From Bacillota bacterium (lineage in GTDB: Bacteria > Bacillota > Sulfobacillia > Sulfobacillales > Sulfobacillaceae): a DNA stretch of 64,000 nt. This document shows positions 21,104 through 31,253 of the stretch, piece after piece. The stretch lies in assembly GCA_021821465.1 (NCBI GenBank), contig JAKACM010000012.1, positions 2,069 to 66,068 on the forward strand. Reading direction: 5' to 3'. A program made the position numbers and the translations under genes. How positions within the stretch are numbered: position 1 is the first letter of the stretch; every line of letters begins with the position of its first letter. Under the pieces are notes generated by a model. It saw only the letters and a program-made list of their open reading frames with translations. It had not been told where the DNA came from and made no database searches.

Positions 21104-21534
21104 TGTCTACTTCAAATCCTTCCTCTTTATGCTAACACATTTATTATATTTCCTACCTACTCAGTAACTCGTGATGCTAGTGCCTATAAAATGGGTACGT
21201 CATACTTCTTGTGATTGTTCTTCATCCTCAATGGATCGTCTTGGAATGCCTGCTGCAGGACCTCTCACGGATTCAGATGAGGAATTTGGAAGATATATGT
21301 TGAGCGGATGCCAATCATTGATTATATGCCTTTAAACACACTCTTACGGCGCGCATTAACATGTAATTCCTCGTTTTTAATACCCGTATCCTATAACTAT
21401 AATCATCAGTCTGCGGATAAAATGCAGGAAATTTGAGAAAAATGTTGAATTGTAATTGTAATAATGGATAATCGCTTAAAATTAGTGCCGTACTCTACTT
21501 TATAGAGCGCATACAATTGAGGAGTAATACGTTA

Positions 21535-23061
21535 ATGACAGTCAAACGGGTGTATGTCATGACCGAAGGAACCTATCCCTATCAAGTGGGGGGGGTCAGT
21601 ATGTGGCTGAAGCAGCTTCTCGACCATTTGTCTGATATTCATTTTGACGTGGACGCCGTCGTTTCTCATCCATGGATTCCCTTGGAGTATCCACCCCTGA
21701 GTCATGTCAGTGTGCGCCCCGTCATCTTGTGGGGACACCAACGCCATGACGAATATTTTCCGTATCTCTCGCATGGGAGTTGCCGCCAGAATATCGTTGT
21801 GGCGGCTGGCGAGGCTTTACTGCAATGGCTTAAGCAGCTATTATTTCCCTTGAATACGACTGAACATTTTCTCAATATCAACGACCTGATGGTCGTCTAT
21901 CAATTCGCCCAGAAATATTCTTTAACCGCCTTATTTCGACACCGCACCATCATTAACCAGTTCATCGCTTTGTGTCAGCATAATGTGCCAGATGCAGTGT
22001 CTTTTGAGGCGATCAGCACGTTTTGGAGCCAACTTTATCATTTTTTTCTCCCGCTTTCCCTGCCATACCCTACCGACATGGCGTGTTATCACTTGACCGT
22101 AGCGGGCATCGGAGCCATCGGCCCGATTGTAGCAGCTCACACCGCCGATATCCCTGTGGTGGTAACCGAGCACGGAATGTATTTGCGGGAACGATACTTG
22201 GACTTGAACACCTCATCGGGCACTTCCCCTGGAGGTCTTCGGTATCTCCAATTATTATTCTATTTGAGCCTCACGAAATGGATCTATGCCAATGCCGCGT
22301 TGATCACGTCGGTCACCCATTTCAACCGTCGATGGGTGAATGCCATCATGGGGCATTCCGTGGATGTTCGAGTTATCCCTAATGGGATTGAAACCGAGAA
22401 GTTCTCGCCTCTTCCGGATATTTCTGGAGAAATCCTTCGGCGGGAACACCATCCCATTGAAATTGTGCACATTGGACGCCTCGACCCCTTGAAAGATCAA
22501 GAAACACTCATTCGTGCCATGGCAATCTTACGGGAGCAAACCTCACGTCCCCTTATTTTGCATCTCTATGGTAAAGCGTCATCAGAAGACTACCACCACC
22601 GCCTGCAATCCTTAATTCGTACATTCCAACTCGACAATTGCGTGTTTCTCGATGGCCATACCTCAGCCGTGTCCTCGGTCCTTCAACGCGCAGATATTGC
22701 CGTGATGTCCTCCCGCAGTGAAGGATTGCCACTAGGAATTCTGGAAGCGATGTGTACCGGCATACCGATCGTATCGACATCCGCCGGAGGGGTTCCCGAT
22801 TTATTACAGGCACCTTATGGGGTGATGGTTCCCGTAGCGCATCCAGGAGCATTGGCGGAAGGACTACGACATTTTGTGAACATGACCACAGCTGAACGGT
22901 TTAAATGTGGCATTCAAGGACGGAGTGTGGCTCTGGCGCACTTTTCACTGAATCAAATGTTGCAAAGCTATCGCGGGATTTATGAAGAAATGGAGAACCG
23001 CCATGCCGTCAAAAATCTACCTGTCACAATTGATCGCCCCGCGAAACATTCTGGACTTTGA
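21535..23061 (+). CDS. pelF: PelF-like GT4 glycosyltransferase (DUF3492)
   Basis: TEGTYPYQVGGVSMW, TEHGMYLRER, IPNGI, GRLDPLKD, SRSEGLPLGILEAM. Confidence 0.88.
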   Translation: MTVKRVYVMTEGTYPYQVGGVSMWLKQLLDHLSDIHFDVDAVVSHPWIPLEYPPLSHVSVRPVILWGHQRHDEYFPYLSHGSCRQNIVVAAGEALLQWLKQLLFPLNTTEHFLNINDLMVVYQFAQKYSLTALFRHRTIINQFIALCQHNVPDAVSFEAISTFWSQLYHFFLPLSLPYPTDMACYHLTVAGIGAIGPIVAAHTADIPVVVTEHGMYLRERYLDLNTSSGTSPGGLRYLQLLFYLSLTKWIYANAALITSVTHFNRRWVNAIMGHSVDVRVIPNGIETEKFSPLPDISGEILRREHHPIEIVHIGRLDPLKDQETLIRAMAILREQTSRPLILHLYGKASSEDYHHRLQSLIRTFQLDNCVFLDGHTSAVSSVLQRADIAVMSSRSEGLPLGILEAMCTGIPIVSTSAGGVPDLLQAPYGVMVPVAHPGALAEGLRHFVNMTTAERFKCGIQGRSVALAHFSLNQMLQSYRGIYEEMENRHAVKNLPVTIDRPAKHSGL

Positions 23062-24664
23062 CGATTTGTCATGGGAAGCCTATACCGTTTACGAGTCATT
23101 ACAGACTGACGGCCCAGCTTCGCCATACGCTGTATCAGCTGTTTTGGAATCTCTCGGCTATCATGATCGCTATGCCCAAGAACACGGATATCCCAATCTC
23201 TTTGCTCTCAGTGAAAGCATCGTGACCCTACAAGCGATCTACGCCCACTCACACGATTCGGCAACCACTCCCCCTTCCGAGCGGCTAGCTATGTTCCGCA
23301 ATATTCTGAGGGGGATACTTTATCCCTTGCCTTGGGTGATTAATTTTTCCTTGCTCTTCCTCATTGGACTAGGACTCTGGGGCGAATCGACAAACTCGGT
23401 GCCGATGGCGACGGGAACTGCCCTAGGCATTTATTCAGGTATCATCTTCTCAGCCTTCTGGGCGCAAATGGCTGCACGGCGTATTCCTTTCTTTATGTCG
23501 CAACACGCCCAGCACAGTACACGCCAATCCATTAATGAGTTATTGTTATGGGGCACCGCCTCCTCGATAGGATTGTTTTCCTTGCTCGGTTTCCTTCTTC
23601 GGATTTTGGGATGGTTCGATGTTGACACCATTGCGTTACTTGTGCGTTTTGGACTCATTTTAGCTATTTTGCAAGTCGTCACGAGTCCCTTATACAGTTT
23701 GCGTCAATTAATTCGCATTACGGTTGCTTATTTGGGCGGTTTTGTCACTTTAGTAGGAGCTGCGCTTCTCGGCACCCACGGTCATCCAGATCGTCTTGAT
23801 ATCCGGCAACTGGTGAACATGCAAATCGTGAGTCTTGTAGTCACCACTGTTATTATGCTGTTTCAATCTCTATGGGTTACACGAACACAATCCAAAGGTT
23901 ATCAGGCCATGCCCATGGTTCAGCCTCGACGTAGGACCGTTATGCGAGAACTGTTACCGTATGGCTTATATGGGTGGTTTTATTTTGGATTGCTATTTGT
24001 GGACCGCTTTATTGTCGGAACGGTGTTCCTACAGCGGACATATCCTGCAGGCCCTTTAGCAGCCCCGACTCTTGTTGGGTACTGGCCCTATGTCTATCCT
24101 GTAACGTATGAATTTATTATCAATTGGGGATTATTGGTCTTCGTTCCCATTCTCCCCGCCGTCTTTGTCGCGGGGGAATGGGTCAGCACGCATATGATCC
24201 CCATAATGGGCGACACACACTGCAAGACCTCTACGGCGGCCAACGTGCTCTTTTATCGTCCTTTTCTCATCTTGATGGCATTCTCATTGCTTTCCGTGGT
24301 AATTGTCGGATTCATCGCGCAAAGGCTGGCCGCCCAAATTCCCGCGACAGCTATGGACTTTCCTCTTTATACCGAGCCGATGTGGTTAGCGGTGATAGCT
24401 TATGGGGTGTTAGCGGTCACGCTATTTCTTATAACCTTCCATTTTGTGTTCGGTCGTGTCGGCATTGTTACCTGGGTCACCGGACTGGCGTTGATCGTGG
24501 ATATAGGCACAGGGATAGGAGGCAGTCTCATGACAGGCCGACCATTTGCTCCGTTATGGGGACTCGCCGCGGGGACTGGTGTGTTGTTTGTGACTCTGCT
24601 AATCAGCGGCCTGCACATGGTACACGACTTCCCCGCCTATTATGCGGCGCGTGATCTGCTATGA
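23003..24664 (+). CDS. Polytopic membrane protein, PelG-like exporter candidate
   Basis: ~12 TMs, directly downstream of and overlapping pelF; LLFVDRF segment. Confidence 0.6.
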   Translation: MPSKIYLSQLIAPRNILDFDDLSWEAYTVYESLQTDGPASPYAVSAVLESLGYHDRYAQEHGYPNLFALSESIVTLQAIYAHSHDSATTPPSERLAMFRNILRGILYPLPWVINFSLLFLIGLGLWGESTNSVPMATGTALGIYSGIIFSAFWAQMAARRIPFFMSQHAQHSTRQSINELLLWGTASSIGLFSLLGFLLRILGWFDVDTIALLVRFGLILAILQVVTSPLYSLRQLIRITVAYLGGFVTLVGAALLGTHGHPDRLDIRQLVNMQIVSLVVTTVIMLFQSLWVTRTQSKGYQAMPMVQPRRRTVMRELLPYGLYGWFYFGLLFVDRFIVGTVFLQRTYPAGPLAAPTLVGYWPYVYPVTYEFIINWGLLVFVPILPAVFVAGEWVSTHMIPIMGDTHCKTSTAANVLFYRPFLILMAFSLLSVVIVGFIAQRLAAQIPATAMDFPLYTEPMWLAVIAYGVLAVTLFLITFHFVFGRVGIVTWVTGLALIVDIGTGIGGSLMTGRPFAPLWGLAAGTGVLFVTLLISGLHMVHDFPAYYAARDLL

Positions 24665-25698
24665 ACCGGGGAATCGTGGTCGCGGTGGTGGGGATCGGTA
24701 TGGCTCTCCCTCTCCTCTTATGGCAACCGATGCCGACACAAACGCGTCCGTACGCCTCAACGGAGCAATGGAGTTCTAACCATGCATATACTCTTACCCG
24801 TATGCAAACGGGCGTACTATGGCATGACGGATTCCTCGAGAACCCTCATACCTTGCAGTCACCTTATACATTCAACGGCAGTGCTCCGCCGGACCAGCGC
24901 ACTCTCTCGTGGAAACCAGGGATGTTGGGCCTAGCTGTTACGCCGCATGGAAGAAACCAGCATTTCATAGGATTCTTTGCCGTGACGAACGCCAACTTCC
25001 CTTCCGGAGCACTGGTGCAAGTGCAAATGATTCCCTATCCGATCGCGCTGCACGGAACCCAGACGGCAGAAGTGCTGGTGGCGGTCCAAACGGCGAATAC
25101 TGGACAAACCGGGGATCTTAACTACATTTATGCGAGTTATGTGCAAGAATCAACAGTAGTGCCCCGGATCGCGCTGGGCGTGGCGCATGGTTATATTCGT
25201 GACGCGGTCAAGAGGCAATTATATGCAGTACAGCAACCGCGGTTGTTGCAAACCATCCGCCACGCCACCCTGACTGTGCAGACGACCGGTTCCCATGTCT
25301 TGCGGTTGTGGCTAGGAAAAAAGCTCTTGTATGACAGCACGCGGTTATCTTTGGGGATTCATTCCCCTTTTCAAGTCTATCTCGAGGTGCAAGCTCAAGG
25401 AATTCCATATACAGGATTTTTTCACCAGCTCGCTATCTACCGAACACAGGACGTGCAACTGGAGGGACTACCCATGGGGGCGGATGTCACTCTTTTCGAG
25501 GGTCATGGGAAAATTGTCACGTCTACGGTGGCTGAGGGGGGAGGCGTGTCGCTGCAGTTGCCTATCAACACCTTGCATGTGCGCGGGCGCTTGAGGATAC
25601 ACGATGGTAGCCAAAACATTATTTTTAATTCTGTCTCGCTGACAGGTGGCGATATATTTCGATTGTCACACCCGCTCCTTGCGCATGCATATCCGTAA
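24661..25698 (+). CDS. Secreted/membrane-anchored beta-rich protein
   Basis: ATGA-coupled to upstream gene, N-terminal hydrophobic segment. Confidence 0.7.
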   Translation: MNRGIVVAVVGIGMALPLLLWQPMPTQTRPYASTEQWSSNHAYTLTRMQTGVLWHDGFLENPHTLQSPYTFNGSAPPDQRTLSWKPGMLGLAVTPHGRNQHFIGFFAVTNANFPSGALVQVQMIPYPIALHGTQTAEVLVAVQTANTGQTGDLNYIYASYVQESTVVPRIALGVAHGYIRDAVKRQLYAVQQPRLLQTIRHATLTVQTTGSHVLRLWLGKKLLYDSTRLSLGIHSPFQVYLEVQAQGIPYTGFFHQLAIYRTQDVQLEGLPMGADVTLFEGHGKIVTSTVAEGGGVSLQLPINTLHVRGRLRIHDGSQNIIFNSVSLTGGDIFRLSHPLLAHAYP

Positions 25699-25713
25699 CC
25701 CGAAGGAGAAAAA

Positions 25714-26367
25714 ATGTTACCGACTTTTCTCATCTATTATGGATGGATTCCCACCGCACCCCCGGAACAGTGCCAATTTGACCGAGTTCTCTCTTCGATG
25801 CAGTGCGTGGTATTAGGTGCGGGCCTCGCAACGCCACATCACCCGAACTCTGTCACGGCCAGAGGCTTCATCCAATCGCATCCCCTGATTCATTTTTATG
25901 GATATATTTCGGTGGGCATGTCTTTGGATCAGCCCAGACATACCATGCAAGAAATCGTGCAAAGCGCGCGACAGTGGGACAAATTGGGAGCCCAAGGGAT
26001 ACTCTTGGACTGCGCAGGCCCCGACTATGGTGTCACAACATTTCGTCTCAGGTCTTGTGTACACGCGCTGCATCGGGAGGGCCTCCACGTGATAGTGAAT
26101 GCCTGGAATCCACATGCCTGCTTGGCAGTGGGATTGACTCCCGAGGATGGGTATTTGGAAGAGAACTGGACGCCTCATCATCACCCCAAAGATTATTATT
26201 ATGCCAAAACATTGGCACAACAAGGCATCCAGATCTATGCGGTCATTGATTACACATATCATACGCAAGCATTTTTTGTTAATGCCATGTGGAGGGGTTA
26301 CTCTTATGCAAACTACTTAGCATATACGGCGCATAACGCCGGATGCACGCCAATCACGCCAAATTGA
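25714..26367 (+). CDS. TIM-barrel glycoside hydrolase-like protein (GH114/GH166-like), no signal peptide
   Basis: FLIYYGW, FYGYISVG, GILLD, IVNAW, GYLEENW; paralog of 27135-28088. Confidence 0.65.
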   Translation: MLPTFLIYYGWIPTAPPEQCQFDRVLSSMQCVVLGAGLATPHHPNSVTARGFIQSHPLIHFYGYISVGMSLDQPRHTMQEIVQSARQWDKLGAQGILLDCAGPDYGVTTFRLRSCVHALHREGLHVIVNAWNPHACLAVGLTPEDGYLEENWTPHHHPKDYYYAKTLAQQGIQIYAVIDYTYHTQAFFVNAMWRGYSYANYLAYTAHNAGCTPITPN

Positions 26368-27134
26368 GTGCGAAATCCCGAAGAGTTGCAGTTTCTTGAT
26401 CTGTCGTCGCGAGAACTCAGCCCCCAGGGAAACTCCCATATCGCGCCCGGGATTGGAAATTGGCCCGTAGCGGCCTTCACAGCGCTGACGATTGAAATTG
26501 TCTATGGATAGCTGCTGGCGCTGGCCGGTTTCCGTGCCGCTTTTCCCAGCGTTTCCGCTTCTCGTGTGATGACCCGCTTGTAATGCATGTGCTTTCTTCT
26601 TGTCTAAGGCATCGGAATGATAGACAGAGGCCCGGGCCCACTGATTGTATAAGGTGGTGTCCAAGTCTGGACTGTATAAGAGGGTCCCAGGGGCTTCTCC
26701 AGTCCAAGCCTGTACTTTCAGTCGCTGACAATCGGCAAGACGACCGAGCAAATGCATACCCAGGGCTCGGATTGTCTCCGGCGAGGGCTTCGCCATGAGG
26801 GCTGAATCGGCAATATAATAGCTTCCTGTCCACAAAAATCCTCCGGGAAATCTCCGGCCAGCTGGTCAAGCCACTCCGTGTGCCAGGTCGCCCTGCTGAT
26901 CCACGGTCAACCCATTCACGTGATCCGCTAGGATCCGCGTCACCCCAGCAATGCCGGCATACAAAAACAGATTCGGATCGCCGGTCAAATCGACAATCGG
27001 TGGCATGTCTGATGTATTCATAGGGCAGACGTTCGCGACGCATGCGCCCAACTACTTTGCGGAATATTATGACTATTTAAATCCTCACTTTCCATTTATT
27101 TACATAGGAGTCTGAGGTGTATCAAACGAACCCC

Positions 27135-28088
27135 CTATTTTTGTGGCACGACGTATCTCATATCGTTCTGATGTCCGAAATCAGAAGCGGGAGCTAATCC
27201 GGAAGCGACCCACCTTTCGGGGACAATGCGATTGGAGGTGCTAGAATAGTTTGGGCCCGCCACCGCCATATAGTTTCCTTCGACCAGAGAGAGTGTGGCA
27301 CGGGCATCGTGGATGACTGCCTGGGGTGTCGTGGGAGCTTGGGCATTCGTCGCGGTCATATACACGGCAATATGTTGTTGCTTAATTTCTGCCAAGGCTC
27401 GAGCCTCAACCGGGGGAGTAGAGACCTTTCCTGCTGCAATCGCCCAATTTTCGGCTAAATATCCATCACCTGGTGCCAGTCCTACATCGATTACTGCGGC
27501 AGGGTCCCACGAATTTACGATAACATGTAAATGCAAAGCATGAACCATGCTGATGACGGACTGCAGGCGGCCCTGTGATACCCCAAAATCGGGGCCGGCA
27601 TCATCCAGTAAAATCCCCTTAACACCTATTGCCGCCCACTCTTTTGCACGCTGCGCAATAGCAGCGCGGCTGTAATTCGGCAACCCCGAAGCTTTGCCAA
27701 TAGAAATATAACCGTAAAAGGCCGTGGCGGAATCTTCGCCGATAACCGTTCGTGCTGCATTAAAATCGGGATTCACGGCGTTTTCTAGACCACTGCCGAT
27801 AACAACGACCGAATACTTCTCCATGGCCCGCGCTTGCTGTGCGAGTACGGTGGAATTTTGTGAAAACCAGCCATAATAAATCAAAAATGGCTGAGGCTGC
27901 ATCGAAATCGGACGAAGAAGGGGAGGAGATACCGATGTGACAACAAGTCTTGAGGCTCTGAGGGGACTATTGCTTTGTGCGTAGGTCACCAAACTTTTTG
28001 GAAGTCCTAATGTGATGAGTAAACCTGTAAAAATGGCAGTAATGGCGGTGGCGTAGATCGAAGTTTTGTGATGGAGTGAATTGTTCAT
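27135..28088 (-). CDS. Secreted TIM-barrel glycoside hydrolase-like protein (GH114/GH166-like)
   Basis: Signal-like N-terminus; FLIYYGW, FYGYISIG, GILLDD, IVNSW, GYLAENW. Confidence 0.7.
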   Translation of the reverse strand: MNNSLHHKTSIYATAITAIFTGLLITLGLPKSLVTYAQSNSPLRASRLVVTSVSPPLLRPISMQPQPFLIYYGWFSQNSTVLAQQARAMEKYSVVVIGSGLENAVNPDFNAARTVIGEDSATAFYGYISIGKASGLPNYSRAAIAQRAKEWAAIGVKGILLDDAGPDFGVSQGRLQSVISMVHALHLHVIVNSWDPAAVIDVGLAPGDGYLAENWAIAAGKVSTPPVEARALAEIKQQHIAVYMTATNAQAPTTPQAVIHDARATLSLVEGNYMAVAGPNYSSTSNRIVPERWVASGLAPASDFGHQNDMRYVVPQK

Positions 28089-28121
28089 GGATCGAAGAAC
28101 CTCCCTTGAGTGGAAATGCTC

Positions 28122-28152
28122 AAAAAAACGACCTCCGAAAATCGGAAGTCGT
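28122..28152 (-). terminator. Riboswitch expression-platform terminator
   Basis: ACGACTTCCGA-ttt-TCGGAGGTCGT followed by T-run, between aptamer and RBS. Confidence 0.8.
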
Positions 28153-28165
28153 GCGAGCACCTCCG

Positions 28166-28254
28166 CTTCGGCAGCTGGCTGGCATACACATGACATGTGA
28201 AGCCCCTATAGCTTTGCGTCAGTGTCTTTCGACACTTTTGCTCTGAATCCACGA
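28166..28254 (-). ncRNA. GEMM-I (c-di-GMP-I class) riboswitch, A20 variant
   Basis: GCAAA-AGTGTC-GAAA-GACACT-GACGCAAAGCTATAGGGGCT...ATGCCAGCCAGCTGCCGAA fits the GEMM-I consensus. Confidence 0.92.
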
Positions 28255-28431
28255 AAATTATTCAATTAAAGGAAATAGCTACAAAATCGCCTTGCATCCT
28301 TTCATGCTCCTATCATACAGGAAGTGGTCATTTATATCACATGTTAATCGCCATATATGCTATCATTTTTTTGTCGTTATCGCGTGGAATCTTTTATCTC
28401 CAGGCCATGCGACAGCGAACGTTTGGGAAGG

Positions 28432-29061
28432 ATGAGTTCTTTGTCTTTCACAGAAAAAACTCAATCGGCTCCATCGCCGTCTAACAAATCGCCCAAAACT
28501 ATGCCTTTCCGACACACGCTCTGGGGATATCAGCCGTCCATGGTGCGCGATTATTGTAACAAGTTATTTGCGGAAAGGGATGAGTTGTGCGCGCAATATC
28601 AGACACTTTTGGAAAAGTACGTCCGAGTGGCCGGTGATAGTAAGTGGGAGCCTGCACCTAATTCTAAAGATGCCGCATCAAGTGCCCCCGACACGCACGA
28701 AGAGCTCGTGTCGTACATCGATATGGCTCGGTGGTCCTTTCAACGAGAAGACTACCCTAAAGCTTACAGTTTCTTTGTTGTAGCCGCTGAAATGGAAGAG
28801 GATACCGGGATGTATTCTGACGGTGCCATTATGCGTCGCCAAGCGGCATTTTCCGCTAAATATGCTTTAAATGCCGATGAGTTTGATCATCAGATGCGCC
28901 TTGCCGGGAAAGATTACCTGACCATTGCGGAATCGCCCAATCAAGATTCTGCAGCCGTAGATCTCGCGTTGCAAGCAGCCGCTAAGTGTTTCATGGAAGT
29001 CAAAAATTACTCGCTCGTCCAACAGATCTTGACGCGTCTGTTAAGTGATTCCCTTGTATGA
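28432..29061 (+). CDS. DivIVA-like N-terminal motif + coiled coil + helical/TPR-like protein
   Basis: FRHTLWGYQPSMVRDYCNKL resembles the DivIVA F..S.RGY....V..FL motif; alanine-rich helical C-terminus. Confidence 0.55.
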   Translation: MSSLSFTEKTQSAPSPSNKSPKTMPFRHTLWGYQPSMVRDYCNKLFAERDELCAQYQTLLEKYVRVAGDSKWEPAPNSKDAASSAPDTHEELVSYIDMARWSFQREDYPKAYSFFVVAAEMEEDTGMYSDGAIMRRQAAFSAKYALNADEFDHQMRLAGKDYLTIAESPNQDSAAVDLALQAAAKCFMEVKNYSLVQQILTRLLSDSLV

Positions 29062-29202
29062 CGACTAACTCAAGTTTCTCCGTTTGACTAATCCCCGAAA
29101 TCATTGCCCCGTCTATCATTCCCGGATTTTATTCGGCCTAAATGATGGACAAACACTTCCCTTCATAAGTATGCTGGAAGCATCAAATCACCACGTATCG
29201 AG

Positions 29203-29735
29203 AAATACTTAAACACATGGCCCATAACCTAGAGGCATCCACTTATGGATTATACTGGAGAATGTCGAGTCCCGGAAGGGACGGGCGGGAGCTTGGGGCA
29301 CGGTGGCAGGCTCAAAGAAGGTACTAGGGCGTCAGCCACTCAGACTCGCTGAGGGAAACGAGGCGTGCGGATCAAATCGTCACGATGGCGGGACTCTTTT
29401 GCGTGCCATATGGGCGCGGATGAGGAACCCACGCCCAGAGCAGCTGTTTCTTGAGTCGGGACCCCAAGTGCCGGAGGTTAAAGCGATAGACAAACTACAA
29501 ACTCGGCGAAGTACAGCGGCCGTGATGGGTCCCGTCTAAAAAGGCCTTGGCATTACTGATGAAGACATTGAACGCGGCGGCGCCGCGTGATGTCCACAAG
29601 CCGGGCAAATAAACCCGTCGGGCCACCTGCTCCGACTCAAAAATGTCTGACAGTCTGCCACGGTACGAAACCGTTGTTGCCACTCCATTAAGGTCATGGG
29701 TTCTTAGACTTCCTCTTTATTTGCTTAAGTATATT
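29203..29735 (-). mobile_element. Internally deleted IS1595-family relic
   Basis: N-terminal MTLMEWQQRF..DCQTFL...RWPDGFICPACG zinc ribbon and C-terminal FVYRFNLR; imperfect inverted ends AAATACTTAAACACA and TTTGCTTAAGTATATT. Confidence 0.72.
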
Positions 29736-30256
29736 TCCCTATGATGCGGCTTCTGTTATATCTCATAAATATTGACCAGAGAACACGTTACCCCATCGCC
29801 ACAACCCATCACCGATTTCTTGGACACACTCCAGGGGATATGATAATGATAGATTAGCGAAAGCACTCTGGATGGACAGGAAAACTTATGAAAAAGGGTA
29901 CCGACTGCCAATTGTGCATCCCCTAGAATTTTTGGTCCAGAACCTTATCATACGGCGGGTAACACTTACCCTTGATGGACAATCGTCCACCCTTTAAGAC
30001 GGACATGGAGTTTGCATCATGATGAGGTGTGCCTTAGATGGAGTTCGGGAGGAACCAACCTTGCGACGGAAGAATACCATGGACCGAAGAAGATAAGGAG
30101 TGGATCACCGTGGATGGATTCCAGCGTCTCGGGGCGAAACTTTCTGACACGACCGATATTGCCAAATGAGTCCGGATTTTCATGGCCCAGCAGACCTTGC
30201 CCAAGACCTCGAACGTGTTGAGATAGGCTAAATATGTTATGCGAGGAGGAGTTTTT

Positions 30257-31141
30257 ATGTTTTCCTTGGCATTGTCCGGAGGCGGTTTATTAGGTGCGGC
30301 CCATTTAGGGGTCATTCAGGTGCTGGAGGAAAAGAAAGCGGTGCCGGTAGCCATTGCCGGCACTTCAGCGGGGGGCCTGGTGGCTTCATTAGTCGCTTCA
30401 GGGGTAAATAGCCGGGAGATGATTCAATGGGGCCGTAAGATTACCTTGGCCCCTTGGGACTATTTTGAACTCAATGAGCATGGTCTGGTCGACGAAATAT
30501 GGCCACATTTTGGACCGCCGGCAGCCGGTTTAATCAACCCTCAAAAATTCCTCGCCAGCCTTTTGGATCTCGCGCCCAAGGTACGGTCGATCAATGACTG
30601 GCTTATGCCCTGTGCCGTGACGTCTGTGGATCTTTCCACGATGTCAGCGGTTCTTTTCACCCCGCATCGGAACTTGAAGATGCCAAACGCCGGCTGGCAA
30701 ATCATTGACCATGCCGACTTAATGTGGGCCTTGGGATCGACCATGGCTATGCCTGGGCTTTTTGAGGCGGTGAGGCGAAACTCTCACATCTACGTGGATG
30801 GAGGGATTGCCAATACACTGCCGGCCAACTGGGCTTATGAATTAAATCCGGGTCCGGTTTTGTCCGTGAATGTAGCTAAAACGAATGTAAAAAACGGAAA
30901 TGAGATGGGTATCGGAGATATTTTGTCTCGATCTGAAGCCTTTGTCACCCAATATTTAGCCGATGTTGAAAATAGCGGGTATCCTGTGCTGACGATTTGT
31001 CCTCCCACCGACGGAACCCCTTTCTTCGGATTCCACGATTTTGATCATTTGGTGGCCATAGGACGTCAAACAGCGCTAAAGTATTGGCCCCAAATCGAAG
31101 CCTTTATTGCAGGACAACCAGGACAAACATCGAACTCGTAA
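30257..31141 (+). CDS. Patatin-like phospholipase
   Basis: LSGGGLLG, GTSAG, DGG motifs. Confidence 0.92.
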   Translation: MFSLALSGGGLLGAAHLGVIQVLEEKKAVPVAIAGTSAGGLVASLVASGVNSREMIQWGRKITLAPWDYFELNEHGLVDEIWPHFGPPAAGLINPQKFLASLLDLAPKVRSINDWLMPCAVTSVDLSTMSAVLFTPHRNLKMPNAGWQIIDHADLMWALGSTMAMPGLFEAVRRNSHIYVDGGIANTLPANWAYELNPGPVLSVNVAKTNVKNGNEMGIGDILSRSEAFVTQYLADVENSGYPVLTICPPTDGTPFFGFHDFDHLVAIGRQTALKYWPQIEAFIAGQPGQTSNS

Positions 31142-31253
31142 GTGCCGAGGCCAAATGTTATGAGGAATCTATTCGGGAAAACGCACTGTAGAAGATATTT
31201 CTTGCTTAAGGGCATCGATTCAAACAAAATTCGCTATTGTCTGAGGCACTCAC

